A DNA stretch of 64,000 nucleotides from assembly GCA_964247055.1 (NCBI GenBank), contig OZ176053.1, positions 806,001 to 870,000 of the forward strand, written 5' to 3'. The notes under the pieces were generated by a model. That model did not search any database and was not told where the DNA came from. It saw only the letters and a program-made list of their open reading frames with translations. A program made the position numbers and the translations under genes. Origin of the DNA: Paragordius varius (taxonomy: Eukaryota > Animalia > Nematomorpha). This document shows positions 10,598-25,974 of the stretch, one piece after another; the stretch's first letter is position 1, and every line of letters starts with the position of its first letter.

Positions 10598-13500
10598 ATG
10601 TATAACGGTACAAAATGAGCTTTTGTACTAAGGCTTTGTCCCAATCATGTTTTAAATAGCTAAAAGTGCGCAAATATATCAATCGGGATGACATCAAATA
10701 AATCAAAATATAGTTAAAAGGTATTTATGTACATGTCTTCTTAACAACTTAAAATTATCCATATTTTTGAACATACAAAATTTTTGGAGGAGTTTGGTAA
10801 ACTCAGATTTGTGTCGAACAAATTACGCAATTTTATTCACCTATCAATATGTAAAAAATATTTGACTTTCTTTCTACATTTTACATAATTCAAAATTGAA
10901 AGTAGGTTTATGATGAAATTTTACAGGTAAGCATAAGTAGTATAATTGCGTATTTGTTTAGAAACACAAGTGGGTTACGGCAGTTTTAACCCTTTATAAA
11001 AGAAAATTATTGAAACAAAAAAAGTTGGATAAAAATAAACAATTTTTTACTTGAATATCCTCCATATTAAAATTTTTTTCGCTCATTACTGTAAAACTCG
11101 TGTTTTAGGGCTTTTCGCTAATAAAATATATCATTGGTTATATGTATGTGTTTTTTATTTGTATGTCGGGTTATTTTTTTTGCCAGCCAGACGGTAATAA
11201 CTAGTTGATTTATACTACCAATGGAATGTTATGTTGCAATAATAAAGTGGCACTTAAATAATTAGTGTTATACCATTTTATAAATTATTTAAAAGACTTT
11301 TTATTTTCAAAAGTAGTCACTATCCCGGTTAGGAATGTATTTGTAACTAGTCCGACCCGACCTTAATTTTATATAGGAATATAATTTATACCTATTTTAA
11401 TAACATGGTCCTTTACTGTAATTTTATAAACAAATAAAATTTAGAAAAAAAGAAAAAAGTAAAGACGTCCGAAGAATAGCAAAACATTACATCCATGATT
11501 CAAAATTTTGATTCCCATCAAAATATTTTGTACAAATAATCAATTAGCAAATATTCCCCTCATTTTAATTATATGTCTTAAACTGTATACATGACATGCA
11601 CAACATTAATCAACATTGTATAGACTTTAATCAATAAATTTAGTTTGTTTCGAGTTTTGATATTGAATGGTTTTTACATAATTAGGTTGATGGAGATTTC
11701 TTAATTATGTTAAATTTGAAATAGCATTTTTTTACAAAATATACCCAGGATAGTAGATGATGGTTGTATACAATGTATTACCGTACCAAAAACATACGCA
11801 CACATATTAACAACTTCCGGTCATTAAATTGTGTGTGTTTTTTTCGATTTTTGGAGCAAGGGGGGTTGGTTAGGATATGGCATCAAAATAAAGCAGTATT
11901 AAAAGATAGATGTTCTTTTTTATTTTAGAATATTTTCTTTCGATTTATTTAACATATTTATTTAATCAAAATTGAAATTTAGATACAATATATTGTTTAT
12001 AAGAGTTAAATATAAACTTTATTATAAGGAAAACGATTACAGTTCAAAAACTAAAACAAAGGATGACAAAAATGTTCCAAAATTTACCTGTACATATATA
12101 TGTGTACATTTTTCGTTATCATATTAATACATGGTACACATACTAAAAATAAATTGTTAAGATTAAAAACATTTTTTGAATATTTTGAGGGGAGTAAATT
12201 TTTTATCTTTTTTTTCGTAATCTTTTTTTCCCTGTTATATATGTATCCAGGCAAATTAAATTTAAAATTGTAATATAATTATTTATAAAATTATCTAATT
12301 GTTTTTAAATAATAAATTAAAATATAATTTAAAATAATTAAATAAAAAAATATTTTATAAACATGCGAGTTTTTCTCAAGTATTTGGCGCGTTTTTGCAA
12401 CATTGTATGTATATATATGTTGATTCTCTAAGTGTGTGTTTCTGTTTTTTTTTTTTCATATTTATACTTACATAATTATTTTCTGTTTTTTATTTTCCGT
12501 TTTTATAAAATAAATAAATATATAAATATATTTTAATCTCTTCGTTTTTTTTGTATACAATTTATAAATCAGGTGGGTTTTTATTCTTAAATATATATAT
12601 AATTTATATAATTTCATATGTTAGCAATAATGTGGAAAAAAGGTTGAAACCTAACCTATTATACACTCTCCCTCTATTCATGCTGCATATTTAATCATAA
12701 ATTCGATTTTTTTCGCTAAAAATTCATATATTATATTAATACTCAATCATTTTTATTTTATTGTAAAAAAATATCTGACAATTCATAATTTATAAACACC
12801 ACAAAAATATCGTACAGTTTAGCTGAAATTATTACTTTTTCCAGATTGTCTTATCAATCAAAAGTAATCGCGAATTATAAACGTCAAATAATTCGATTTA
12901 TACCAGCGAACTAACGTTTTTTTACATTTTCTTGGTTCAAAATAATAATATCGAATTTTAGAAGAAAATTAATTGAATTTTTCCATTTTCTTCGGTATAC
13001 TTTACAGTAATATTTTCATTCAAATTACATATAATCAACAATAGCAAATAATATATGAAAGTTCAACACTAAATAATAATTAATAATATATGCGTTTATG
13101 GCCAAAAGTTCAGATGATTAACCTGCAATTCGAATATTAGAAATGGGATTTTATCAAATGTCAAAAAAAGTTTTAAGGCCTTATGGAATGCTCAATTAAA
13201 AACCAGCTAAAATAGCTCAATAAAACGATATCAAGGTTTATGTTTATTTAAATTAGAAATAATTTCGAATACAAGTTTTTATGGGTTTTGAATTTTTATG
13301 ATGTTTTTAATCCGGCGTGTGTGTGTGAGTCGAAAAAACGGAAGCTTGTATTAAAAAATTTACATTGTCTGTGTTTTCATTCATACACGCAGAAAAAACA
13401 AAAATTATAACATTTATTTAGGCTTAAAACTTTTTTTTTCGAATTAAATATCATTTTTATAATCGCATTAATACTAAAATTGAAATAAAAGTTACATATA

Positions 13501-13670
13501 TAAACAAGTATTGATTACCCTTATAACAATTCAAACAGTTGAAACTCGTTTTCAGATTCAAAAAACCTGCATGAAGGATCTAACTGGTTCAGATAAGCAA
13601 AAAACGGAAAAGTAAATCATTCGACCCTTTTTTTAACCTAAATCCTAAAAAAAACTCTTTCCCTTCTCTA

Positions 13671-16600
13671 ATGAATCCTATTTCCGGTGTTCCTGGGGTT
13701 CGTCAACCGTCATGTCTTTATAACAACAATAATAATCCGATAGTTACCATGGCAACATTTTATCCTGGCCAAACGACGCTAACCACAACATTGTGTAACA
13801 ACAATGTTGCAGCATCAATGTGTGAAACTACACCCATAGCTAACGCTCAAAACATGTACGTTAATTATAAAGAGGGAGATTTCCTTCAATCCTTTAATGC
13901 AAACCCGGGGATGGTAAAACGCAAACCTGAAATACTAAAGAACTTACATAATCTAGTTACCATGGCAACTGACCCACCCGCACAAACTTTTAATGTTAAT
14001 ATGGATAATGCCATAAACAGTTTAAATTACCAACAAATTTTTGCGAACCCTAATGCTAACAATAATCAAATCAATGTCAACATTGATGAACTCATTGGTC
14101 AGCTGATTGACCGGAAACGATCTGGGTTGCCATCGCAACCATCTGCTCTCCCAGATTCAACGTATCACATGACTTCAGTATTACACAATTTGTTGGAATC
14201 GGAAAACCGGTACCGACCCTTACCTCATTATTTTGCTGCGGTTCAAACGGAAATTGAACCTTACATGAGAAAAACTTTAGTTACATGGATGTTTGAAGTT
14301 AATTTTTTTTTATAAACAATGTTTAACTTTTTTTTTATTATAACTACTTTACATGAGAAATGTTTTAAATAATGTTTAACAAGTAAGTAAGGAAGAAGCC
14401 CTATAATTTATCTCTCATCAAAATTACATTGTAGTTAAAGTATTTCGAATGAACTCAAAATATCCCAAATACCATTATTTCAAACAAAAAAACTATTTGC
14501 TTTAACTAAACCACCATTGCACCAATTATGCCAAGACTTTTTTGACACATCTAAGCTGTTTTTTAGTCTTTTTGTGTAAATTGCATTCTCAACAAAATAT
14601 TTTTACATATTAGTATTTGTATAATTGGGCTCATTTTCTTTTTTGAGGTGAAAGGCAAAAATGTATGTTTGTAAATACAAAACAATAAGATTACAAGTAT
14701 AATTTATATATGATTTTAACCCAGTTGGTGGTAAATTGGTTAAATATATAATCGTATGTGTGTTAAATAAATTCGTAGCTTAAGAAAAAATTTTTCTGTA
14801 ACTTTCTAGCTAGATTTTGTTTGAGATTCAAGGATATCTTTTCAAATTTTTAACATTGTACAAAGTATCTCTTTATACATATATATGTATCGCAAGAATT
14901 ATGTTTGTCTTTATGCGTTAATATGACTCAAACTTTTTGATAAGAACACAAAGAGCCCGAAAAAATATTTTTAAAACAGCAAAAATTTTATGACACAAAT
15001 CGAAATTCCTTCATACATATGTATAAAAAATGAATCGGTTGAAATGCCTATTTTGTCATATATACCAACCATCTGGTTTTTAATACTTAACTCATAATTC
15101 AAATGTGTTTATAGGTTTTTTTTAAATAGAAAATATAAAATTTATTGTTTTAGTTATTTATATAAAAAATTCCTGCCTACAATTTTGGATAATTAAAAAC
15201 TGTAATGTCGTTCGTTTTTCATGTGACAGTTGACACCGGTCTTGTTAATGTTGCTAAAAAACTTTTCAAAAATTCTAAATAATTATTTAAGTTTTTTGTT
15301 AAAAATTTTTTAGGACTTTTTTATATAGTTTATATATTTTCACTTAAATTCATTCACAAAATTTTGAATGTTCGCACGTGGTTTTACTGTTTTTTATGAA
15401 TGAATGTTATATACTTACAAAAATATTTGAAGCATTTTTGTTTTTCTGCGCACACGCAAATACAAACAACAATTAACATTTTTTACACTTATTTTTATTG
15501 CTAGAGATTATTTTTACAAAATTACTAAAATATATATCAAAGTATTAACACTTGTATACAACACACTCATTTTAGTCCTTCGATTCAAATTGGGGTAGTT
15601 GGATACCCCATGCCTATTTAAAATCAAATATTTTAAAAAGTAGGAGGAAATTGAAACCATGGCAAAATTTTGCACTTAGATAACATCAATAAACCGAAAT
15701 ATATAAAAAATTCTATTCAAAAATATTTGATATTACTTATTTTAAGCTAAAACCGAAAGGTAAAAATTTCGTCAACGTGACATGTGTGAAATAATAAACT
15801 TATAAAATAACACAAAATAAACCGCTTTTTCTATATCTATCAATGTTAGATGTAATTTAAATAAAAAATTTGCTTTAATTTTACCTTTAAAATTACATTA
15901 AGACGATATTTTGCAAAAAAATTTAAAATAAAAATGGCGTCGAAGTAGTTTGACATGGAACTTTTTTTTTCAACACAAAATTTTATTAAGATATTTTGGC
16001 ATATTTATATAATTTTCATTAAGATAGAAGCATAAATTTAAATTGGGACCGTTTCCTTCAGTAGTTTTTTAAAAAATTTAATTTAAATTTAGTCTGGGGT
16101 ATTTAAAATACCCCAATTTGAATCGAAGTGTTAAAAATAAAGTTAAAAGGTTTAAATGTCCAAAATTTTGCGTTCATATAAATATTACGAATTTATCAGC
16201 TAATTACTCAGATACAGTTTTACTAGAAATAATATTATATATGAATAAGACTAAACTTATTCCCGGAAAACTTGGCATTAAATCTATTTTTACGTGAAAT
16301 TTTATCAAAAATTTTCAATTAGTAAAATTTGCCAAATTAATAAATGCTATATAATAATACATCCTATATATCTAAAAGTTTTTCGGTAAACGCACAAATT
16401 TTTCGCAGAAAAAAAAAGTTTGTTAATACCAACTTTTAAACTTGTTGTTGAATTTTTTCCATGATAAAAGTTAAAAATTATAAAATAACATTTTTTTATA
16501 GGTTTGTGAAGAACTTAAACGCAGAAAAGACGTCTTTCAACTGGCCGTTAATTTTTTGGACCGGTTTCTTTCCACGATAAATACGCCAAAATGCAATTTG

Positions 16601-19600
16601 CAACTCCTGGGAACAGCCTGTATGTTACTTGCCTCTAAATTTAAGGAAGCCCTACCTATTAGTTCTGATGTCCTTGTAGTTTATACGGACCATTCGATAA
16701 CACTTACCGACCTATTGGTCAGTCCCATATATGTTTTTATTTTATTTTCCTCTTAGACTATAAAATTTATTTGTAGATAATAAAAAATCAATTTGGATAT
16801 GTAAACTATCGTTATTTCCGTGGTATCATGATAATAACATCTAAGTAAATAATTTAAAAGTTAATTAAAAACTACACTGCTTGTTAGCATTCATCTGTCC
16901 GACCCAACTATTTGACTTGGGATTTTTTACTTATTAATTTTAGTATACATATATCCAACTTTGTAATTTTGCTAAAACAAATGGTAAAAATTAATTATTG
17001 AATCATGTTAAACGTAGTTAATTGAAAATATGTACCCTCTTGAACAGGGGTGGGTGTTCAACACAAATGGCTTTGCGGGCCGCATTTTTCGAATCAAATA
17101 TAATCAAACGAGCTGGCCCCATTCCCCAAATATATGGGCATTAACAATTTTATTAGATTTTAAACATATTAAAATTTTATCATTTTTTTCTACTTTATTG
17201 CCAAAATTCGGAAAATTTATTCAGAAAATTTGTTAATTTTACTTAAACATCATATTATTTTGTATGAAATTTCTCGCAGGCTACATAAGTATTTAGAGGC
17301 CGCGTGTTATGACACCCCTGTTCTTAAACAGCACTTTTTTATTATGTTATAAGCCAAGGTAAAATTGTTTTCATGTTAAAATTTTAACATAGCTAAAATT
17401 CTAGTTTTGATTAATGCATTTCACAAAAATTTTATCTAGCAAACACTTTATGTATATCAAAGAATTTAGTTGACAAAATATTATTAAATGTGCCTTACTC
17501 CATCCTATGCATAAATATTCAGCTGTCTCAAAAGTTTCCAATAAAAACTTAATTTTACAATTTTGTATTTGCTGTTTTTTCTCAAATTACTTTTTCGTAA
17601 TGCTGCTATATTATAGTGAAATAATATATATACTGTGCGGAACCAGGTCATTAACATACATTAAATATATTTTTATAGGTAGGTATGCAATAAAAAAAAT
17701 AACTTTTGACTTTTTTTGCAATGAAATAATATAAAATTTGTTTCGAAAAATTCCCTTTGAAAAAAACGCAAACGAAAATGTTTCAGAATATTTGTGCGTC
17801 TAGGTATGAGAGAGTACAGGTGTAAAAACTTTCAGGGAGATATGTAAATATGCGCTCTTTTTAATAACTTAAAAATATATTCACCTAAGAATGTGTGTTT
17901 TGCCTTTTGCCATAAGTATTAATACCGAATTTAGAAATTATATTGTTGTGCTTTAAACATTAAAAATACATTAAATTAATACTATACGGACAAAAACAAA
18001 TATTTTTTTTTCAAAATTAAACATTTTTAAATCTTATTTTTCCTATTTAAACTTTTTATTTACAATTGTAAAATTTAATTTTGTTACCAATGTAAGCTAT
18101 TTCTGATATAGCAGTTTGAAACAATGACTTACATAAAAAACCAGCATTTTCCATTTTTATAAATATATAGGTCTAAATTAGCGGTCTTTTGAATTATCTT
18201 TATGTTTTTTACGTTTTGTCGGTATAATACCAAAGCATATGATAATAAAACATAATGTAAAAAAAAGTTCTTGAAAAAATTTAAAAAAGTAAAATAAAAA
18301 ATATTATTTTTTAAATTGCCTATAGAAATGGGAAATTTTGCTGGCAAACATATTGGATTGGGATATAGCTGCACCCACGCCCATGACTCTATTGGAACTT
18401 TTCATTCAACAACATTGTTTATTCACAAACATTGTTGCAAAAACCCAACTTAATAATAATAATTCTATTGCTTTTGATAGCTTAAACATTTTGCTGGAAC
18501 AATTTACACAACAATTATCTACCCTGGCTCAATACCTGATTGATAAATGTCTCCTAGGTTTTATTTTTTTTTAATAAATACAATTTTTATCATTTAAATG
18601 TTTTTTTGTGAAAAAATTACAATATATATATATCTAACAACAACAATGTGCGACAGTTTTATTCTAGTTTATGTTTTTAATTCTGTTATTATGTCATCAT
18701 ACCATACTTTTTTTATAAAAAAAACTTTGTATTTATGGTGTGTAATATTATACATATTGAATGAGGATACCAGGAAAATTTTAACGTTACAATCAATCAT
18801 AAACCATATTAGAAATAATTAAAAAAATATGTGTAATATTAATTTTGATAAGTTGTAAACAACTTAAAGTGTCTTTGGCTATGTTCTATTACTAAATTTA
18901 TAAACTTGTTTGTTTCACCACAAATCAAATGCAACAAATATCGTGATTACTGTAATTTAATCTTTTTCATTCTAAAATGGTATATGAAAAGCTCTTTGAT
19001 CTTATCATTGCTTATCTGCACCTATAATCATTTTATTACATAATAATACATTTTGCGTTAGTTAAATACTAACCGGACCGATTGTTATATCAATTTTAAA
19101 CTATAAAACTTAAAATTCAAATATTAGTCGAAACCGGCTTTCTACAAATCCATATTAAGAAAACATAACATTGTTACATTGTTGTATTAACGAATCGCTT
19201 CGGATTTGTTTAATACATAAAAGGCACACATAAAGTGTTAATTTCCTAAGTCGTCCATACTTGAGAAGGGTTAAGTATCGGATATTAAAAATATTTTATA
19301 ATAGCATCAATAAATGTCAACATGATAATTTTGAATAGAATACCACTCTACGCATTTTATTTCAGTTATTTTAATTTTTTAAAAAAAATAAGCTTAATAT
19401 ACATTGCTTTAAAATTTTTACGAATTATTCCATCATCAATTACAATCGATATGGAATTAAAAAGAAAACTATTTGACTCTAAAAGCAATGTGTCCAACTT
19501 TTTTTTTAAAACACTGGCACCCTTTGGAACCGGAATTATTGGATTTAGAAACGTTTTTATGACAAAAATTAAACAGGTATAGGTATCAAATTTTTTTTAA

Positions 19601-21733
19601 ATAGATGAAACCTTTTAATTTACAATAAAACTAAGAAACTATCTTTTTTCTGTGACTAAGTGGTTGGTTTAAAAACAAATAATTGGCGGTTTACGGTTAA
19701 AATTTGTTTTTTAGACCAAAGAAACGGTTATCTATTTTAGTTTAAATTTTTATATTTCATTATGTGAAAAGTTTGGACATTATACATTAGTGATAAACAT
19801 ATGATTAAAGATTTTCAATTGGTTATTTTTAACCGGTCAGACCTAAATCTACCTATATGCCCATTTATAAAAACAGATAATTATATTTTAAAAGCAACTT
19901 TAGTTATTTATAATGTATGAATAATACAGAATATGAATACGCTATGCTAACGACATCTATGCTGACGGCCACATGCCTTTGCCTTGCATTTATCATAACT
20001 CTCATGTGTGGAGATCAGCTGATTCAAATCCTCTCACTATTTTTGTTTGAGAATTGTCAGGGTCGACTTGCTCATAACCGTTTTCAGCTACAAAGTTTTG
20101 AGAAACAATGTTGCGTTTGTGATACTATTTTTCTTTATAACAATAACCTTTCCATGGGCTCAACAACGACGCAACAAACAACAAATTTTATACTAATGCA
20201 ACATTTTATACGACATATCTGTCACCTTGTTGGCCTTAATCTGGTTTTACTTTATAATAATTAATTTTTACCTGAAAACTAATACTGACATAGATATTGA
20301 TAATTTTAACTAGTTTTGGCGTCTTCCTTATATATCGTTTAAAAACTAGGGATTTATATGTTCCCATATTTGACTAAAAACTAATTTATTTTTAACCATA
20401 TATCTACCATTTTATGTAATTTTGTAATTACCTGAATCCAACCATAATATGCAAAAATAAAATTGGGGGAATGTAAACGGAAATTTTATATAGTTTTATT
20501 TTTCGTTAAATTTATCTTTCAAGATTGGTTAAAGGAGCGTTAACCTTCGCTTTCAGAAGCAACTCTCATCGGGAGTATAGACGTTTATTGCTCATTTTAT
20601 ATATATAACATTTTTAAAACATTAATTATATATATGTGGTATAAATTATAAAAAAAGCTAGCCAGCCTCCTTGAAAAGATGTATTGTATGATATGATTAC
20701 AAGGAAATTAACCTCTAATATTTACATTCATCAATCTCAATAAGATGCCAAGAGTTGTTGCATTTAAAACACACGTCGTTTTACGTATTTCAATTAAAAC
20801 CCGGAAACACGAATCCTTATTTTTTAAATAAAATTTAACATATACTAACGAAATTTTAGTTTTCACACAAAATTGATAAATTAGTATTTCAACGTTACAT
20901 CTATGTAAAAATATTGTCATTAAAATAAATGTTTTTTACCTGTGTTACAGAATGCAATGCTGACAAATTTGGTGTCCGTTTCATCACACATTGTAACTAT
21001 CCCAGAGTTATCCCATAAAACTGGTCCAAATTTACCTTGTTTCATTCAAAATATAGCCTCCGTTCTTTTAAACATTGAAATACAACGGAATAATGAGAAA
21101 CAATGTTATAATAATGGCATTAATTCTTCAATAAATTCCGTGACACCCAATCAGTCTGATACCATCACCACTAACAATATTAATTATAATGTTTACCAAA
21201 ATAATGGAAAAACTTTTTCAGTACCTTTGACACCGGAATCTCCTGAGGGACCACCTCCTTTCCTAACCAATCCTGGTGGTGCCGCCATAAATTATCCAAT
21301 CGATTCGCAAAATAACGTGTTGTCTTCCAACAATTTTGACATGGCTCTCGTCGCCATATCACAACGAGCAGCAGACGATATAAATTTGAATGTGGCTAAC
21401 GGCTATTTCTTATTGGATCAAAATGGTCATGATTATTGTCGTCTGCCTGTATCATCATACGATATCCGTTATCAAACACTAATTCAAGCTAACACCTCCA
21501 CAATTTCAACAACAATGTATAACGCCGAAAATGCTCAATTAATCCCTGCTAATCCTAATCAAATCCAAGAAAAACGCTGCACTCCTGATCAACTTCATGC
21601 TAATGAGCCTATGGTCTGTCAGATACAAAATGAAATTCCGGAACCAAAAGAGTTTAATTCAAATGGTTCTGTCATACTAACAACAACAACTAACAGTATT
21701 TATCCCACACCGCCATCTTTTAATAAATATTAA
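13671..21733 (+). CDS. CycD: Cyclin D with long N- and C-terminal extensions (~723 aa, 5 exons)
   Basis: Exons 13671-14297, 16502-16717, 18326-18557, 19930-20243, 20951-21733 (2172 nt, in frame). Cyclin D box YFAAVQTEIEPYMRKTLVTWMFE|VCEE...FQLAVNFLDRFLS...LQLLGTACMLLASKFKE...YTDHSI...|KWEILLANILDWD; C-terminal YPTPP. Confidence 0.92.
15578..16130. mobile_element. MITE with ~20-bp TIRs, possibly piggyBac-like
   Basis: CTTCGATTCAAATTGGGGTA / TACCCCAATTTGAATCGAAG(TG)|TTAA. Degenerate relatives at ~54190-54755 and a left end at ~42715. Confidence 0.55.
16879..16971 (-). repeat. Decayed partial copy of the hammerhead-bearing element
   Basis: GCTTGTTAGCATTCATCTGTCCGACCCAACTATTTGACT...ATATCCAACTTTGTAATTTTG aligns to ~6210-6302; core changed to CAGAUGA and the GAAAC half is missing. 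Confidence 0.75.
17045..17320. mobile_element. hAT-like MITE (CAGGGGTG...CACCCCTG)
   Basis: Short TIRs; degenerate 8-bp TSD CTCTTGAA/TTCTTAAA; GCGGGCCGCA subterminal motif. Relatives at ~7445-7685, ~35351-35602, 56791-56993 (ATTTAAAA/ATCTAAAT) and ~62625-62892. Confidence 0.7.
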
Positions 21734-24700
21734 CTCTAAACCGATATGCGCGCACATCTTTATTTTTTATAAATATCCAAATATGCCAAATTTATTATTA
21801 CATATATGCATCTTTTTGATTAGAGAAAAAACAGGTAAATTAAAAAAGAGATACTTTTTTTAAATTTCTATTATATATACCTCAATTCAATTTTTATATT
21901 CCAAAATGGCTTTGATTTTTATTACTATCCACTATATACAAATGACAAAGTAGTGTTAACATGCCAAAAACTCAAAAAAATGTTACTTTTAAATATTTTT
22001 ATATGCATACCGAACTAATAATATTAATATAATTTAAAAAAATTATCAAAATCAAAAAATATTTATAACTCTTGTATATTTATTCTTATTATTATATGGA
22101 AGCATTTCACCTGTGATACATGTTTTTTTTACAATTTAAACCTTTTTAATTTGTAGCTTCAGAAATATTTTTACATTTGATATTTTTACTTTTGCTGCTC
22201 ATTACAAATTTTTATTGATTGATTTTTAATTATTGAAAACATATTCCTCCCACATTTAACCGTTTGATCAAATTCCATGGTGATTAACTTTATTTTCGGT
22301 GTTTACAAAAAAAATTACCCAAACCCACAAAGCAGAAAAGAGAAAATCCGGATGTAACCCCCCTTTCCTGCCTACACCTATTGAAAAACTTTTCATTTCT
22401 TATTTTTATAATCCGTTGTGAATTTGAAAAAAAACCTGTTTATTACATTAAAGAACACACTCTCATTGGTTAACTTTTCCGGTTTTTCCCGTTTTTTATA
22501 ATTTAAATTTTCTTTATTTTATATGCAACATAGTATGTGTGTATGTATAAATTATATTTTTAAAATAATTTCCATTCTTAACTGATAAGGTTAACACACA
22601 CATACATTTCATCAATTATATTTTTTGGTTTTTATTTTGGCTTTTTATTAAATTTTCATAATATATATATATATATATGAATTTATATTTACCCAAATTT
22701 TTTCACACCGCAAAATGCGTACCTTAGCTGGCGTTTTTCCTTTTCAATGCAAAAATTAAATATAAAAACACTAAGTACGCACTTATTGATTTGATTGCAT
22801 TTTAAGTTGTTTGAAATTCCCGACTATGAAATAACCCCAATACGTCTGTGATATTTGTGATAACACCACAAAAATGGATAATAATTATCCATATTTTATT
22901 TTTTCCTATATATGAATGGTTCCTAATAATTAATGAAAACGCATTTTCCATTATTTTTAATAAACTCTTACAATGCTCTTCTTTTTTAATGGTTTTTTAA
23001 TAGATTTTTAACGATTTTTTATATTCATCCATACCAAGTTAAATTTGAGACTTTTAATAATTAATATTTAAATATGTTTATGAGCATGTCTAATTTATAT
23101 TTATTAAATAGGCGCACTATCATATATATTCCTAGATAGATACAAGCAGCAGTTAACCCGCTTTTTTTAAATATTATCATCCTTCTTTATTAATATTAAA
23201 AACCCAACAATTTTAACCGTATTATAAAACACACATTTTAACTGCATATATCATACTAAAAATATCAATAATACAATAAATACAATATTCAACTTAAATA
23301 CCCCAACCAATAAAAATATATAATTTTATTTGATTTAAATATCTTTAACAAATTTGCTAAATAACCCATATTAGAGGCTAAATTCGAATCACGCAACAAT
23401 ATGTTTAATAGATATATAGCTACCAAATATTTTTTAAAAGCTTTTTTAAATCATCGTTAAAACAAATAAATACCGTAAAAATTGAATTATACGGACAAAA
23501 CGTAAAAATATAAAGACAAATACTTTTATCTAAAAGACAATGATACTTTTCTAAAACCTTAATTTTTCCTATATAAATTATTTAATTATACAATTGTGAA
23601 ATATATAATTGATTGTTTTACCAATATACATCTCTATTTCATACTTTGCACATTTAAACAATGATATAAATTATAAATTATAAAACCTAAGATTCAAAGA
23701 TTATGATTTTCTTTTAGAAAAAGATTTTTGCCTTTACGTTTTGTCCGTATAATTCCAATTTTTACTGTAATATCAACAAAATCGTTGGTTTCTATAAGGA
23801 TTAAAACTACCAACGAATGTTAGAAAGTGAACAAAAGATATTTTTAGTGGAATTGTATCACTACAAATAATTGTGACGTACTCAAGAGGGTAAAACGATT
23901 AATTTTGAACGATAAATGGTCATATCTGCGTTTTTGCCAACTTTTTTAAAATTATATTAATTTAATTTGAGTTTTAATAATCTATTATTTATGTGTGTTA
24001 TTAAAACACAATATTTTTTTATTATAACAGGAATAGTGGACTTCTACGCATCTATACATATGACATTATCCACATCATGACCCTAAAAAATATTGCATTT
24101 ACAATTCAACGCTTAAACAATTCAAATTCACCCTAAAAATAAATTATGTGTGTTTTGGCTACTATAAACTCATTTTTAATAAAAAATATATTATGGCATT
24201 TATTATTTTTTTTTAGTATTATATTAATTTTAAACAAATTGCTTTTTTATATAGATAATTTTTAACTTAAAAAAACACATAATTTAGTTTAGGGTGAAAT
24301 TGAATTCTTTCGAGGGTAAATTTGAAACGTAAATGGTATATAAAACTATTTTTTTATTAAAATTAAATTTATAAATTATATTAAATACTAGTATCAAATA
24401 AATAACCATGATCGAATTACCAATTATTTTTGGTTTCTTTTATGAGGGTTTTGGGTGAGGGATAATGTTTTCAACTTTAAATAAACAATCAATCGTAAGT
24501 TTAATATTAGGGCCTTATTTAAATATTGGAAGAGTGCATGATAGCATACATAATCTAATTTGTTAATAGGCCCTGTGGTATTCTAAAAAAGCTTAACTGT
24601 AATGTATTCTTGAAAATTATGGTTATAATATATATTTTTGTGCAAGGATGATTAATTTTGAGCCAATAAAATTTCGCCTCTGTATTTGTTCATATCGAAA

Positions 24701-25974
24701 AAAAACAAAAAATCCAAACAATATCTACTATAATTTAAGGGCCTTCAACGATATACTGGCAAAAAATGTTTGGTTTTAATGGCAAACTTGCTATACATGA
24801 ATTGTATTATAAAATTAATCAACAGAAGATTTTTTTTGCAATTTTGCAAAAGATTTTAAAGAAAAGAACGTTAGCCTAATTGGGTGTGATTTATATTTAG
24901 CCGTTAAGGACTAAGATTTAAATCGGTTTAATATTTGAAAAAGAGATTACAATCCAAGCTAGGCAAAAAATTTTACATACAGTAAAAACTGAAATTATAT
25001 GGACAAAAAGTAAAAATATAAAGACAAATATTTTTTTCTAAAATACAACCATACTTAATGTAACTAAATAGTTTAGATAGGAAAATTAAGGTTTAAAACT
25101 ATGGTTCTCTTTAAAATAAAAATATTTGTTTTTATATTTTCAGGTTTTGTCCGTATAATCTCAATTTTTACCGTAAGTTAAATGCAATAAGAATTTACAT
25201 CCACATGAGCTAACAATATAATATAGAAATTATACTATTCTAGATGAAAACCGTTTAAGCAAAAAACTGGCTTAGTACTTATTAATTTTGCAATTTTTTA
25301 AGGGTTTCGAATATTTTAGATAGAAAATTTTCAACTGAATCTTAATATAATGGAAAATATCAAATTTATTTTATACAACATGTTAAAAAATTCCAGAAAC
25401 CCAATTTTGAGTTATTAAAAATATAGATAGGTATGATATTTTTTTGAACATTAGGTTTTAAAAGGTCATCTTATAAAAAAATAAAAATTTGTGCAAAGCT
25501 ATAGGGTAATTATTATAAGTAAGGTCATATAACTTGCACCTGGCTTGTTTATATAATCTGTTTAGTTGTTTAAAAATAGCCTTTCCTTTCGAAATTGGGT
25601 AATTAGTGTCAAATAATATTACCCTAATTTTAACTTTGCACACATATTAACTTAAAAGCTAAAAAAGTTAGTTTCATTATAATAGTTTCGATGAAGAACA
25701 GGTGTCCTTTTTTTACCACAGATATAATAAATACTGAAAAGCTTTTTATAAATCCGGAAGTTGTTTATAAAATATTTCACATAATATTTCGCATGACATT
25801 TGTTATCTGTCACATAGTTTTAAATATACAACCATTGAAAACAATCAAATTTGTTGTATGGCCCAATTAAGTTTGCTATGGAAAAAAATTTTTTTTGGAT
25901 CGGAGGTAGGTAGGTAAATAATTCTTTAGGTCGAGGTCGACCCCTTGAAAATTAAAATAACCATGCTTAAATCT

